Source: the human T2T-CHM13v2.0 reference genome, Homo sapiens. From it: a stretch of DNA of 64,000 bases. Shown piece after piece: positions 1 through 14,769 of the stretch (the first letter of the stretch is position 1; each line of letters opens with the position of its first letter). Position numbers and translations under genes: made by a program. Below the pieces are notes generated by a model. It was not told where the DNA came from and ran no database searches. It worked only from the letters and a program-made list of their open reading frames with translations. The stretch lies in assembly GCF_009914755.1 (NCBI RefSeq), contig NC_060931.1, one strand, 5' to 3'.

Positions 1-406
1 CTTACTGAGGCAAAATTTACAGAGAGGAAGAGATGGGAAAAAGAAGCAACCGAGGTGATGGGAAATGGAGCTGATTTATTCTTGATGTTGGAGCGGCAGT
101 TTCTCTAACACAGATAAACTTTAAAAACCAGCTCAGACCCGTCCCTTGAGCCCTCACTGGTCCCTCTCCACAGGTCCCAGCCCGTTCAGAGTTTTCAAGG
201 AAGCAGCTCCCAGGCTACTGTCACCTTCGTGGGACCTGTGAGCCCCTCATCACCCAAGCTGGCAGAATCCCTCCAACTCATGGCTCCGTGAAACCTGAGT
301 GCCTGCCTCCGCTGACCGATTCCCTGGGTGGATTTTCTTCTGGTGGTCAGAAAAATACATCAGTCTTTTCCAGATGTCTGGCATTACATTCTGTCATTTG
401 GAATAC

Positions 407-831
407 AGTTGATTCTTGAACAATGTGGGAGTTAGGGGCACCAAACCCCATGCAGTCGAAAATCCACATGTAATTTTGACTCTGCAAAAACTTAACCACT
501 GATAGCCTACTGTTGACCAGAAGCCTTACTGGTCAACATAAACAGTTTTTGTATGTTAAATGTATCATATGTTGTATTCCTATAATAAAGTCGGCTAGAG
601 CAAAGAAAATGTTATTAAGAAAATCATACGGAAGGGAATATACATTTACTCTTCACTAAGTGGAAGTGGGTCATCATAAAGGTCTTCATCCTTGTCTTCT
701 TCACATTGAGTAGGCTGAGGAGTAGGAGGAGGAAGAGAAGGGGTCTTACTGTCTCGGGGTGGCAGAGGCAGAAGAAAATCTGCGTATATGTGGTCTCTGG
801 TAGTTCTAACCTGTGTTGTTCAGGGTCCACT
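407..831. mobile_element. Tigger-family DNA transposon MITE (Tigger2a/MER28-like)
   Basis: TIRs cagttgattcttgaacaa...ttgttcagggtccactg flanked by TA; internal gttaggggcacc...gcagtcgaaaatccacatgtaattttgactc motif. Confidence 0.75.
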
Positions 832-1183
832 GTATTTGTTACCCAGTGGGGTGAAATCAAGATAAATTAAACACAGGTAAGTCCCATCTCAAGAAGTCCA
901 ATACATAAAAATCTGCCCATAGAATACTCAAATGAAACAACTGAAAGAGACCCAAGTCTCTTTTGGATCCAATTTCCTCAACACTGAAGAGGAGAATGTG
1001 GCCCTCTGAGAGGCATTCAGTTGGACTCTGTGTAGTGAGATTGCTGTTTCTTTATCTAGGGTCTGGACAGAGGGTCTGGGCAGAGGTGCGTGTACCTGGT
1101 GAGGATTAATTGAAATGTACTCTTATGATCTGGACACGTTTCTTTTCTTCCTCTTCCTCTTCCTCCTCTCCTCCTCCTCCTCC

Positions 1184-1315
1184 TTTTTTTTTTTAATAGA
1201 GATGAGGTCTCACTATGTTGCCCAGGCTGGTCTCAAACTCCTGACTTCAAGTAATCGACCCACCTCGGCCCCACAAAGTGCTGGGATTACAGGTGTGAGC
1301 CACCGCTCCTGGCCT
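1184..1315 (-). mobile_element. Alu left-monomer (FLAM/AluJ-like)
   Basis: T tract followed by gagatgaggtctcactatgttgcccaggctggtctcaaactcctg...gtgagccacc. Confidence 0.85.
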
Positions 1316-1390
1316 GGGCACTTTTCTTATGCATGCTGTCATTCAATATTTTTACTCCCAGTGGGATTTTGATTGAGGAAGAGCAAGGCA

Positions 1391-1540
1391 TTTTTTGTTT
1401 TGTTTTGTTTTTGAGATGGAGTCTCGCTCTGTTGCGCAGGCTGGAGTGCAATGGCACGATCTCGGCTCACTGCAACCAACCTCATCTCACTTGTCCTCCC
1501 AAAGTTCTGGCATTACAGGCCTGAGACACCGTGCCCAGCC
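1391..1540 (-). mobile_element. Internally deleted Alu with TSD gagcaaggcatt
   Basis: Right-arm end joined directly to left-arm start; TSD at 1381-1392 and 1542-1553. Confidence 0.85.
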
Positions 1541-2033
1541 TGAGCAAGGCATTCTTTAAAGGTGAGCCACCCCACTGCGAGGCTGTTTGAGCCACTCCCT
1601 CAGGAACCACCCATTCCTGGTTCTTTCCCATGGGATTTGCTCCAGCCTCTGCTGCTCTGGCTTCCCCAGCTTCCCATTCCTGGCTCCCCTCCTACCCTGC
1701 TGCTTTGTCATGTCCCCTCCAGATCCCCCAAGGACCCTGGCTGGGCTGGCCCTCCCATCCCAGAGTCCCCTGTGGCCCCCACTGTCTTGGCTCAGGGAAG
1801 CCTCTTTTCCAGACAGGCCCATCCTGGCCACCACCCCACCCTCCATCCCCCAGATGGCACATGTACAAGTCCATCACAGACCCCATCAGAGCCCAGATTT
1901 CTTTGGTGAAGATGTGACTTGGCACAGATCAACCCACTCTCTTGAAATTGCATTTCTGGGCTGCATAAGCCAGAGGCAGGGCACAGCTGGTATCCAGACC
2001 CCCTGTAATGATTTAGAGAAGGAAAAGAAATCT

Positions 2034-2514
<481 letters not shown>

Positions 2515-2957
2515 TCAGCTTTCCACCCTGCACCCTCCATGGTCTTTCTCCATCCAGCTCCAAGCACAGTCACTCTACTGCGTAAAAACCCTCCAGCTCC
2601 TGAAATGGAAAAATACACTTCCAAAGTGTCGTGCTCCCATCACTAACTCCCCGAAAAACTCACCGTCCACACCCTGTGCATATTCGATGTTGGCTCTTAT
2701 CTTTAATTTCCTCTCCCCATTTTATCTTGGATTATTTTGGGTTTTTTGTTCTGTTTTGTTTTGTTTTTTTGTTTTTTCCTATTTTTTAAGAACTCAGTAC
2801 TTTTACCATCGCCCTTTTGAAACTCTGGAGCAATACAAGCATTTAAGACTATAAATTTTCTTCTGAGTACAGCGCTAGCCGAGTCCCTCAGATGCTGGTG
2901 TAAACTATTCTTGTTGTTTTCTAGAAACCATCATTCTAGTTTTGGTTTCTGCTTTGA

Positions 2958-3405
<448 letters not shown>

Positions 3406-4602
3406 AGGGCTATTTCTTTACCATTTATTTTAATGTCATTTGTAATGATCAGAGTGTGGCCTATAATAATATTTATTTTTAAAATTTTGTAAAGGTTTCT
3501 TTTGTATTCAAAGAAACAAAAGAAATAATTTATTAAAAATTCTTAAGCATCAAATATCCTCACCCTTGTGTACATTTCCAGCTCTGTTTCTGTATCCCTT
3601 CCATGAATTTCCTCTTCACCGCACTCCTAACCTGGTCTATCCATCCTTAAACTATAGCTCTAATCATGCCCCAAACACTCCCCCTCTTTCAATAGACTGT
3701 GAGTAGCTGAAGGGTCCGAGGCCGCATGGTTTCCATCTCTGTGTCCCTGCAGCTAGACCAGTGCTTGATGTGGCAGAGATGCTCCACCAACTTTCACTGA
3801 CTACAGGTGAATTAAACACACCTGTGCTCTGGGGGGACGCAGGCAGGAGGGCAGGTGGTTCAGAGAACCCTTCCAGTGGCTGCAGCCTCATCTCTACCTT
3901 GGCTCCATTCACAGCAAGATATTCCAGATTCTTCTTCAGAGAGCCTGAATAATTAAGGGAAAACATTCTAACATTCACCTATTGGTTTCTCTGCCAAGCC
4001 CCAGTGTCTTGAAATAAGTAAATCATTTTAACCATCCCATCCTTGTGTCTCGGGGAAGGTGGTGATAGACAGGGAATCGATAGATTCAATCAGGGGAGTG
4101 AGAGGCATGTGGATAAAGGTCCCTGGCCAGGGCCTCTCTGCGGCCCTCGGGGCTGGAGACGCCTTAGAAATCCAATCAGGGCTCTTCACAGGGGACATCA
4201 CCGCTGACCGTTGCTGCATTCTTACCCCTGAGCTGGCCGAGGGTCCCTGCCTAGAGATAGGGGGGCATGTGGGCTCAGGAAATAGAGACTCAAAGCCTCC
4301 ACTTACCCCACACCTCAGCCTCTGAGGGATGCGGGGTCACCTGCTGGGAGGGAGGGGCAGAGGCCACAATGGGGGTGGCACATGGGTGGGACCTGGTCCT
4401 GTCTGGCTGAATGTCCCCCATGCTTTATCTTTTCCTCAGGCCACCTGGACTTTAAGAGCACTCACCTGACGCCCTCATGCCCCAGCTTTCGAGCCCGGCA
4501 GCACCCTTGACAGTGGCTGCCAGGCTCTGTGCCATCTGGCCCCTGCCTGCTCTCCTCTTTCACCTCCTCTGCCTTCCTGTTTCACTGGTTTCTCTCTGCT
4601 AC

Positions 4603-4870
4603 TTTTTTTTTTTTTGAGACAGTCTCATTGTGTCACCCAGGATGGAGTGCAGTGGCGCGATCTCGGCTCACTGCAACCTCTGCCTCCCTGGTTCAAGCCA
4701 TTCTCCTGCCTCAGCCGCCCTCCCGAGTAGCCCGGCTAATTTTTGTATTTTTAGTAAAGACGGAGTTTCACTATGTTGGCCAGGCTGGTCTTGAACTCCT
4801 TACCTCAAGTGATCCACCCGCCTCAGCCTCCCAAAGTGCTGGGATTACAGGCGTGAGCCACCAGGCCCGG
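4603..4870 (-). mobile_element. AluS element with small internal deletion
   Basis: Antisense Alu; cccgagtagc joined directly to ccggctaattttt. Confidence 0.85.
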
Positions 4871-4884
4871 CTTCTTCCATTAAT

Positions 4885-5807
4885 TTTTTTTTTTTTTTTG
4901 AGACGAACTTTCACTCTGTTGCCCAGGCTGGAGTGCAGTGGCTCCACCTTGGCTCACTGTGATACAGTTCCGATGAGGGGAGGAACACCAGGGCTCTTGT
5001 CTCATGTCGAATTAGATAAGATGACACGGACACACATGGAGTGGTTTTAAGGAGCGGAGAGTTTAATAGGCAAGAAGGAAGGGAGAAGGAAGAAGCTCCC
5101 CTGTACAGAGACAGAGGAATGGGGGCTCCAAAGCCTAAAAAGGAGGTCCCCACCTGCCACGGATACCAGCCAGGTATATATACAGAGGCTGGAGGAGGCG
5201 GTGTCTGATTTGCATAGGGCTCAGGGGATTGGTTTGACCAGGCATGTCATTCATGGTAGCCCATGAAAAAGCTGGCCCTCCCACCCTAGTCTTTTAATAT
5301 GCAAATACAGGGCGCCATGATGGGATATGTGGGGATATGTGGGGGCGGCTATGTTGCCAGGAACAGGTCAGGAAAGGGCAAGAAGGCTCCGGAATCTCCA
5401 TGTTTGGGTGTACCCAGTTTCTAATGGCTGGCATTTGCATATCAAAGGTTGCCAGCCTGGCTCTAAGAGCCCAGGCTTTATGAGAAACTTTTCCGGAGAT
5501 GCTTTAAAAAATGAAAACTTCCCAAGGACCCCTTTTCCTTTCTATCTGCCTAAAATAATTTCTTAATAACGCCTACCACAAGTGCAACCTCCGATTCCCA
5601 GGTTCAAGCAAATCTCATGCCTCAGCCTCCCAAGTATCTGGGACTATGGGCGTGTGCCACCACACCCAGCTAATTTTTGTATTTTTTTAGTAGAGACAGG
5701 GTTTCACCATGTTGGCCAGGCTAGTCTCGAACTCTTGACCTCAAGTGATCCACACACCTCGGCCTCCCAAAGTGCTGGGATTACAGGTGTGAGCCACTGC
5801 ACCCAGT
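4885..5807 (-). mobile_element. AluS element split by an LTR insertion
   Basis: Alu reads ...ttggctcactg (to 4959), resumes agtgcaacctcc (from 5581). Confidence 0.85.
4960..5580 (-). mobile_element. ERV1-class solo LTR
   Basis: TG...CA termini (tgatacag...ctaccaca), 4-bp TSD actg/agtg, antisense ATTAAA at ~5063; subfamily not assigned. Confidence 0.75.
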
Positions 5808-6169
5808 CCCATTCATTCTTTCCCTGCAGGGGCTGCCCATCCTTTCTAGATATGCACCCCCACCCTTAGAATAGAATCCAGGTGGAGCCTTTAAAAGAGA
5901 AACCAATACTGCCCTGGGCAACTTTACGTTAGGGAAGAATGTTTTGGATTTAAATCAAAGGTTAGTGTTTAGGGTCCCTTCTGCAGGTGGGCAGGGGCCC
6001 TAGAGACTAAGGGTGAAGACACTGCTTGGCCCCAGGGTCACCTTTGGGCATCAGGGTCACACAGTGCACACTCCTGCAGGTTTCTGATGCCCCTTGTCTT
6101 CCCTCCAAGCCGGTCACTCCCATTAAAAAAAAAAGGCGCCTACAAACCTTCTGGCGATTAGGCCAAATC

Positions 6170-6965
6170 TTAGAGTCAGCATAACCCTCCTCTTTCTCTT
6201 ATTCCTCTATATCCCAACCATCTACCAAACCTGCTGGCTTTAGCTTCTGATGATGGCCACCATGTGATCGCCTGACCACACCACTCTGAATATGGAGGCC
6301 TGGGTGTCCATCATCCCTTCTTGACTGTGGCAAATCGCCTCCTTGCTGGTCTCCCTACATCGACTCCCTGCATTGATCCTGCACCATCCATGCTCACAGG
6401 CAGCCAGAGGGATCCTTTTAAAATATTAAGGCAAAATACATCAAGTCCTCTGTGCCAAACCCCACCTCATCTATCTCAGAATATGACCCAGATGTCTTTG
6501 CCATGACCCACGAGGCTCTCCATAACCTCAGCTCCAGCTCTCCTCCTTGTTCCCTCCATGCTGACCCTCCTAGAACACACCCAGCACACTCCACCCAGGG
6601 CCTTTGCACATGCGGGTCCGTCTGCCTGGAAACTTCCTCCCCCAGATGTGCACACACGGAAGACTCATTTAATTCCTTCAGGCCTCTGCTCAAAGGGGGC
6701 GCATCTCAGAGAGGACTTCCACATCCCCCAGTCTAAAGCAAACCCTCCAGCCACTTGATATTTCAAGTATATGTGCACACATACACACATATGTCTGTGA
6801 CTGTACTTGCGGGGGCAGGCTGTACTTGTTGTTCACTGCCCCTCCCACCCCGCCAGCTCCCCGAGAACAGCGCCTTGGTCTTTTTCATCCACAGTTGCAT
6901 CGCTGGTGCCTAGAGCATGCCTGGCACGTAGAAGCTGCTCTGAAAAGAGCTGGAGTATGAATGAA
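6170..6965 (+). mobile_element. L2 LINE 3' fragments
   Basis: cagccagagggatccttttaaaat, cagggcctttgcac, gcctggcacgtag...gaatgaa hallmarks. Confidence 0.65.
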
Positions 6966-8305
6966 AGGTGGACTCTTCTGAGAGTGCTCCCTCTGCGGAG
7001 AACTCGGGGAGACAGACAGAAGCTGCCTGGCCCAGGGAGTCTGATTCCTGGGGCTGGACTTCTTGTCTGGTTTCCCTCCAGGAAGGTGTCCCTAAGAGAA
7101 TAAGTTGTACTTTATCTTCTCAGTACAAAGGATCTTTTTGTAATTCTCTGGCATGGGAACCATTCCAGAAGCCCCAGAGTCACCAAGCTTGGCCGCACTG
7201 AACACACTTCCTAGAACGAGCCTCAAATGGTCGAGTCTGCCCGTCTCCAGACACCCAGTTCCTGGCTGTCCATCAGAACAGAGCCGGACAATCAGGGTGT
7301 GGGGCTTGGTGCATCTGAGGGTTCATCTCGGGCCACCCCCGCTCCAGTGAGGAACCTGCAGGTCAAGGAGGGGACGTGACTGGCCACTGAGGGCATTGCA
7401 GGCAGAGCCAGCCAGGACCGGCTTTCTCCCAGGCTAGGGAGCTTTCCTGATGGAAGTTTCTGGAAGCCTTCGTCCAATTCCATTCTCTCACTCTTCTTGC
7501 AAGTCAGCAGGGCAGAGGCAGGGGCAGCAGAGCCCCACTTGGCAAATGAAGAAACTGAGGCACAGCCAAGGTCAGAGACTCGCCTTTCTTCAAATAGCTC
7601 ATTACTGTGGGGCCCCCAGTTAGTGGTTACAGAGTGGGTCCCGAGCCATGGCCTGGGCTGGGTCCTGGCTCTGCCACTTTCAAGCTGAGCAAATTGCTCA
7701 CCCCTGTGTGACTCCATTTTCCCACCTGCAGAACAGTTAATAAGCATAATTGACCCGTGGCTTTTACGAGCACAATGAAACCCAGGCATCACCAATGGGA
7801 GGAGCCCAGCCCTGGAGGCAGATGCCAGTTCCACCCCACCCAGCCCTCCACCCGCCAGCTCTCGGGCTCCCCTACCCCTCTGCAGATGGAGGGAGTGGCA
7901 GTGCCTCCCACACAGGGCAGTTGTGAGAATTCATGATGGTGTTTTGTTGATTCAATGTGTTTTCGATGCTTCTTGTTTCGTTTTGTAAATCAACTAGAGC
8001 AGTGCCTCCACACAGCAAGCGCAATGTAAGTATTTGTTAAATAAAAATATAGAGAATGCATGTAAGGTGCTTAGACCAGTGTCTGATGTGAGTGATGCTT
8101 GGTGAGTTTCAGCTGCTCTGACTTTTAGTGACAAGAACCAGAGCATGAGTCATCCTGACCCTCCTGCTTCCCTCCTGTCCATGGTAGCCCCCAGGCCACA
8201 TCTCAGGCTCTCGGGGTTGCCCAGACACCATTTCTCCTTGGAGGTCACCTTGCTCTCCCTGCTCCCATATCCCACTGCCTGCCTCCTCCAGACACTCTGT
8301 CTCCC

Positions 8306-8720
8306 ACACATGCGCACACTCTCACGCCCTTACAAACACACTCTCACGCACACATACACACACATACATACATTCTCACACACAGGCTCACACACTCATA
8401 CAGTCTCACACATACACACACAGACTAGTACACACACACACAGGCTCACACTCACATATACAGGCTCACACACACGCAGGTTCACATACATCTACACTCA
8501 CACACATTCACACACACATACACACAGGCCCCAACACACCTACACTCACACATACACACATTCACACATACATGCATACATACATACACACAGGTTCATA
8601 CACTCACATACACACATTCACACATGTACAGACTCACATACACACACCCTCACTCTCACAGTCACAAACACATTCATAGGCACACATATACACACACTGT
8701 CACCCTCTCACATGCACACG
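8306..8720 (+). repeat. Degenerate (CA)n/CACT low-complexity tract
   Basis: ~400 bp of cacaca/catacac/ctcaca; explains the His/Thr-rich ORF 8145-8870. Confidence 0.9.
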
Positions 8721-10179
8721 CGTCCCCTGAGGCATATGCTACCCACCGCGTCCTCCCTGAAGCCCCCCCCCACCCGCTGCCCAGATGCCCAGCTTGGGGG
8801 CTGCCTGCACTCCCAGGACTCGGCTGACGCCCTGGCCCGGGGAAGCTGCTGGGACTCACCCCTCTGCTGAGACAAAACGGGCTGCACAGGCTCCTCATGG
8901 TCTCCCTGCCCCACCCACTCCTGGCTTTGTACCCTGCCCAGCAGGCATAACCAACCCAGCCATCTGCTCAGGCCTCTGGTGCCTCCCCAAACCCAACCCA
9001 GAGACCCTGGAAGTGCTGTCACCCTGTAACCAGGCACTCAAGGTAGTGTAGAACTGCCCCCAGGCAGTTCTACCTGGTCTCAGTCAGAACCCGGAGAAAA
9101 GGCTAATGCCACAGACTCCACGGGGCAATGGCAAGAAATGGATGGACTGGTGCAGCAGCTAAAAGGGGACAAGCTCCCACAGTGCAGCCTGAGCCATGGA
9201 AGGAAAAGGGCCACAGTCACACCCATAATCATCCTTCTCTCTGCTGGAACCCCTGGTTGGCTGGAGTCACCTGAGGGGCGTCGGGAGCGCCATGGAGGAG
9301 GAAGCTGCGGTCCACTCTGCTCTTGCACTGGCTCAGCGCAGACCATGGGCTCTTCTGAGACAGCACCAGGCCAGGCTCAGAGAGGGCCAGGACTCTGTTC
9401 CCACAAAACACTGGGGCTGGTGGGGGACCCACCTGTCAACAGTCAATAGCACAGCACCAGGATGAAATAATCCTGGAGTGGGGGTGGCCCCAGCAGGAAG
9501 TCCTCAGCTCCCACTGGGAGTGTGTGGGCGGGGGTGGTCGGGGACTCAGGTGGGGTGGGGAGGTGGTGTTGGAGTCAGGCCTCCAAGCATAAGCAGGACA
9601 TTGAAAAGAAAGGAGGGAGGAGGGGTGGGGTGGGAACAAAGCCAGAGCCAAGAACGTACTTAGTGGGAGCGAGAAGGCGGCTTTGGTGGATGGAGTGGAC
9701 AGGGAAAAGTGAGAACCAGGTTAGAGAGGGGCTGGAACCCAGAGGGCAGAGGCCTGAGATGACCATGGCAGAGCGTGCACTGTGTCTCCTTGATTTAGGC
9801 ATTGCCTGCCACCTGTCACATGGAGGGCAGCCTGGGATGGCATCGAACACTTTAAAGATCAATTTATTTTTTAAGTATATAAATTTATTTCAATAGCAAA
9901 CTTTATATGCTTAAGTTTATTGGAAAAAATTAAGTAGAAACCAAAGCAACATCATCAATTGCAGGTAGGTACATACGATGGCCTACCAAAGACGCTAGGC
10001 CAAAGGCTGGCTCTTTCTTGGTTCCAGATGGAGATGAACAGTGTTGGAAAGGTGTTAAGAATATTAGCACCAAACTGGGACTCTTCTCCTTCAGACAATG
10101 GACTGGCTTTCTAACCACGTGTCTCCATGTTATGTCAGGAAGATCTGAGTCACCCAGTGTCACCTGTCATCATCCCCAG

Positions 10180-10637
10180 GGGAGCAGGTGCTGTTCGTGC
10201 CCTGCACATAGCCCTGGAACACTCCAGCAGGCACAGAGCCACTTCTAACTGCCAATATCTTCTTCTTTTTGCCTGCAGGCTTTTGTCCATGACCTCAGCA
10301 GGCCACTCTACCCACACCTGCGGCAGGTGGGCGGTGCCAGGGGATTAACACTCACCTCCAACAACCCCCAAATAATAACTCATAGGAGTTGGTGTATAAA
10401 TACCCACGCTCCCTTGCTCCTGGGATTCCTCTGTTGTGTGTGATTTCTCCATGGGACTGAACTCCAGCTGTCCTCTGCACCACCTGGCTGAATACTACGC
10501 CCTGAATTGGCCTCCTTCCTTTCCTGTTGCACTTCCTAAAGCCCTGCCAGAGCTTCCTAAGGTCACCTCTCAAATAAACTACTTGCTCTCAAATTCTTGT
10601 CTCAGAGTCTGCACGTGGGACAACCCAAACTAAGGCA
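10180..10637 (+). mobile_element. ERVL LTR16-family LTR (LTR16C-like)
   Basis: ggagttggtgtataaataccc and 3' end aaataaactacttgctctcaaattcttgtctcagagtctgc...aacccaaactaaggca. Confidence 0.7.
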
Positions 10638-10869
10638 TCAACCATCAGTGATATTTGTCCCACCCACCCTCAAGGTCAGACCCCAAACCTGAGAGACTCA
10701 GTCCAAAGAGACCCAGAAGACAGCTTGGCTCTTATAACTAGATAAGAAATCAACCCAGGAGAAGCCTGTATGGCAATTTATAATGGGAGGGGCTGGATTT
10801 TTCTGTGAAATATTTTCATATGGCATTGATTACTGAGAGTGAAACTAGAATGAAATCAATCAGATCTGC

Positions 10870-11270
10870 AGTTGGAAAAGCTCACTCTGGCTCCTGTCGT
10901 AAAATGTGAATGTGGGCGGTGCCCTGGTCTGCACAGGGAGCTGGGTCGGGTACCACTGCAGTTGTCAGAGGTGACACTGGAGGAGATTGGCAGGGGTGGC
11001 CGCCCTTGGCAGGTATTTAGGAAGGACAATCACAAGGGATTTGAAATGGATTAAGCCAGCGGAGGAGATTGAGGAGGAGGTGATTTCTGACTTATAATGG
11101 ATAGAAGTGGAAGTCACTCCAAAGACAAACACAGCAGGAGGAGCAGGTTTGGGAAGGAAGGTCAGGAGTTCAGACCCAGGCGCACTGGCTTAAGTTGCCT
11201 TCAAAACATCCAGGTGGAGATGTCAAGATGTCTGTTGGATAAATGAGACCAGAACTCAGAGGAGCGGCAA
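10870..11270 (-). mobile_element. L2 LINE fragment
   Basis: ggaaaagctcactctggct, ggagcaggtttggg, acatccaggtggagatgtcaag motifs. Confidence 0.55.
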
Positions 11271-11344
11271 GAACAACAGTGACCATCGCCCTGTAGACAT
11301 AAATGAAGGAAAGGGTGTGGATTTTAAGAGTTGTGTATGTATGT

Positions 11345-11670
11345 TTCTTTTTTCTTTTTTTATTTATTTGTTTATTTTTTGAGACAGGGTCTCGCTCTGT
11401 CACCCAGCCTGGAGCACAGTGGCACAATCATGGCTCACTGCAGCCTTGACCTCCTGGGCTCAAGCGATCCTCCCACCTCAGCCTCCCAAGTGGCTGGAAC
11501 CACAGGCACGTGCACCCATACCCAGCTAACTTTTGGTTTTGTTTTGCTTTTGGCAGAGACAGGGTTTTTCCATGTTGCCCAGGCTCAAACTCCTGAGCTC
11601 AAGTGATCCACCAGCCTTGGCCTCCTCCCAAAGTGCTGAGATTACAGGTGTGAGCCACCAGGCCCAGCCA
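11345..11670 (-). mobile_element. AluJ element
   Basis: gcagccttgacctcctgggctcaagcgatcctccc AluJ pattern. Confidence 0.85.
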
Positions 11671-11734
11671 TGTTTCTTAAAAAAAAAAAGTTTAATTTTA
11701 ATAAAGTTTATTATTTCATTTCTATGGACATGGG

Positions 11735-12100
11735 AAAAAATGTTGAATTATGATAAAATACACAAACATAAAATTTACCATCTTAAACATTCATTTATAG
11801 ACACTTGAGTTGCTTTCACCTTTTGGCTATTGTGAATAATGCTGCTATGAGCATGGGGGACAAATCTCTCTTCAAGTCCCTGTTTTCAGTTCTTCAGGGT
11901 ATATACCTAGAAGTGGGATGGCTGGATCCTATGATGATTCTATGTTCAATTTTTTGAGGAACTGCCATATTGTTTTCCACGGTGGCTACACTCAAACGTT
12001 TTACATTCCCACCAACAGTGTATAAGAGTTCTAATTTCTCCATATCCTCACCAACACTTGTGATTTTCTGGGTTTTGACAGTAGCCATCGTAAAGGGTCT
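11735..12100 (-). mobile_element. L1M (L1MB-like) 3' fragment
   Basis: ttttggctattgtgaataatgctgctatg...tatatacctagaagtggga...catatcctcaccaacacttg. Confidence 0.75.
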
Positions 12101-12599
12101 AAGTTGGTCTGGCCAAGGTTTTTGAACTACAGATGTCACAAAGGTACACAGCAAGAAAAGGACTTATGCAACATCATAATAAGCCAGGGAGGTGTTCTGG
12201 TCATACCTACATCATTATCAACCTCATGAACCTGGATCAGTTGGGGGTGCTCTTGGCTACAAGTAGCAATGTTATGAACGCATTTGCTGTCTTGTTAATA
12301 AGAACTCCCTGGGCTGGTCTTTTCTGCTCAGTCAGGCTCAGCTGATTGGTGACAGTGACATTGCCCTTCCTGGCCATACATTGACTCTTCAATGCCATGC
12401 ACATGTGCGCTCAGGACCACACACAGAGCAGCAGGAAGGGGGCATGAGGCAAGGCCTCCTCCTTCCAAGACTCTGGCCTTTTTAACAGGAAGAAAACGAC
12501 TTCTCCAAAACCCAGCAAATACTGCCTGACATCTCACTGGCAAGAACCAGTCAAGTGCCCATGCATATGACTGGTGCAGGGTAAGTGGTGCTAGTTAAA

Positions 12600-12735
12600 G
12601 GAGAGATGGCTGGGCCCCACCCACAGAGTTTCTGATTCAGTGGGACTGGGATGGGGCCCAAGATTTGGCATTTCTAACAAGTTCTCTGGTGATGCAGATG
12701 CTGCCAGTCCAGGGACGACATTTCGAGGACCACTG
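12600..12735. mobile_element. MER5A hAT MITE, beside an MLT1-type LTR fragment (~12236-12590)
   Basis: cccacagagtttctgattcagtgggactgggatggggccc...tttctaacaagttc...gaccactgg. Confidence 0.7.
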
Positions 12736-13089
12736 GCTTCAGTGATCTTGAGCTGGGTACATGACCACCCAAACCAATCAAAGGGAAAAAGCAGGTAGGT
12801 GGTGGTAAAATACAAGACTTTCTGTCACAAACTCTGAGGAGCTCACTTGTAGCTTTTTTGCCCAGTAGACTCTAGGCCCCCTGGGAGCAGGGGGTCATGA
12901 AAGTCACCTTTTTGGGCCTTGGGGTCTTGATACAGTTACTGTGACTTGGTGGCAACTTTAAACGGATTTTTCAAATGAGTGAATACAAGAACATGTCACC
13001 AAACATGTCCAAGGCTGCTGCACCCTCAGGTCACCTTGATCAAAACACCTTCCTGGAGCCCATGCAGGCAGCCTCCAAAACACAAAGCA

Positions 13090-13395
13090 GGCTGGGCACG
13101 GTGACTCATACCTGTAATCCCAGCACTTTGGGAGGCCGAGGTGGGTGAATCACGAGGTCAGGAGTTTGAGACCAGCCTGGCCAACAGGGTGAAACCCCGT
13201 CTCTACTAAAAATAAAAAAAATTAGCTGGGCGTGGTGGCAGGCACCTGTAATCCCAGCTACTCAGGAGGCTGAGGCAGGAGAATCACTTGAACCCAGGAG
13301 GCGGAGATTGCAGTCAGCCGAGATCGCACCACTGCACTCCAGCCCAGGCGACAAAGCAAGACTCAAACAAACAAACAAACAAACAAACAAAAAAC
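13090..13395 (+). mobile_element. AluS element
   Basis: Full Alu with (caaa)n tail. Confidence 0.9.
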
Positions 13396-14454
13396 CCCAA
13401 AGCAGCCCCTTCTCTACCAGGATGGCAGCTCCCCTACAAAGCAGCTCAGGTGTCTTCCCTGTCGGCCTGTCCTCCTGGGGAGGCTGGCTCCCTGCTCTGC
13501 AGTGACACTGCAGGGTCAGAACTCAGCCTGTGGGTAACCCAAGAACAATGCCTGTTTGGGGGTCTTCACCGCTGACACAGAGAGCCTGTGGCCATCCATC
13601 CCAAATAGCGTCTGTTAATTGCCCACTGGGATGTGGTCCCTTGTTGAAGTCAAAGAAACAAGCCCTTAATTCACTAATCGTCTAAACAGACACCACCAGC
13701 TGAGAACTCCTATAGCCCGGCGTGTGATGCCTTATGACCCTGAGCGAATGCAGCTGCAAACAGGCAGTACCTGTTACATATTCCTTAGCCACAGGGGAAA
13801 CTTCTGGAAAGTTGCTAGCATGGAATATGGTTAATGAAGAAGAAAACACCTTATCCTTCTGTTCTACATTCACACTCACGTGTGATCTACGCAGTGGTCC
13901 TGAAAGGATCCAAGGCTGGGGGAGATCTGGGAGTCCGTTTACCGATGAGGATCTGCTATTCAGAGCTGATGTCCTGTATGTGTGCAGTGAATATTCAATC
14001 AGCAGTAGCTGTGATACTCATAAATCACTCGCTCTGAGGTGAAGGGGAACCGATAGGATAAGCCAGGCTCACCCCAGAGGCCTCTGCTGCAACCCTGGTT
14101 GGCAGCCCAGCCCTTGTGGGTACCAGGACCTGCCAGAGCCACAGACGACCGGATACAAGCACAAATTGATGAGTCACCCAAGAGCCATCGCAGGGTGAGG
14201 ACAGACCTGGGTGCCAAGTGGGCAGAGATTCCACCAAGTCCTGGCAGAGGACCAGGATGTGATGGACAGGAGACACTTCTCAGGTCAGACTCACATGGCA
14301 AGGCAAGGTCTTGCTGGAAGGCAGGCAAGGAAATGCTCCAGCGGGAGCCCAGCAGAGACCGGCCCTGGGTGCTGATCAGGACCAAGCTGGCCCCAGACTC
14401 TCTCCAGGATTGCACAGGGCTCAGGGAGCTGCACCAAGGTGGAACAAGAGTAGA

Positions 14455-14769
<315 letters not shown>

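Noticed and set aside
6047-6091. 9-bp inverted repeat gggcatcag...ctgatgccc
   Set aside because: Too short to distinguish from chance in 64 kb.
8145-8870. 241-aa His/Thr-rich ORF
   Set aside because: Translation of a (CA)n-like low-complexity tract.
9930-10163. Possible processed pseudogene (RHVVRKP resembles RPS6)
   Set aside because: Similarity is limited to a few residues; no extended match, polyA or TSD.
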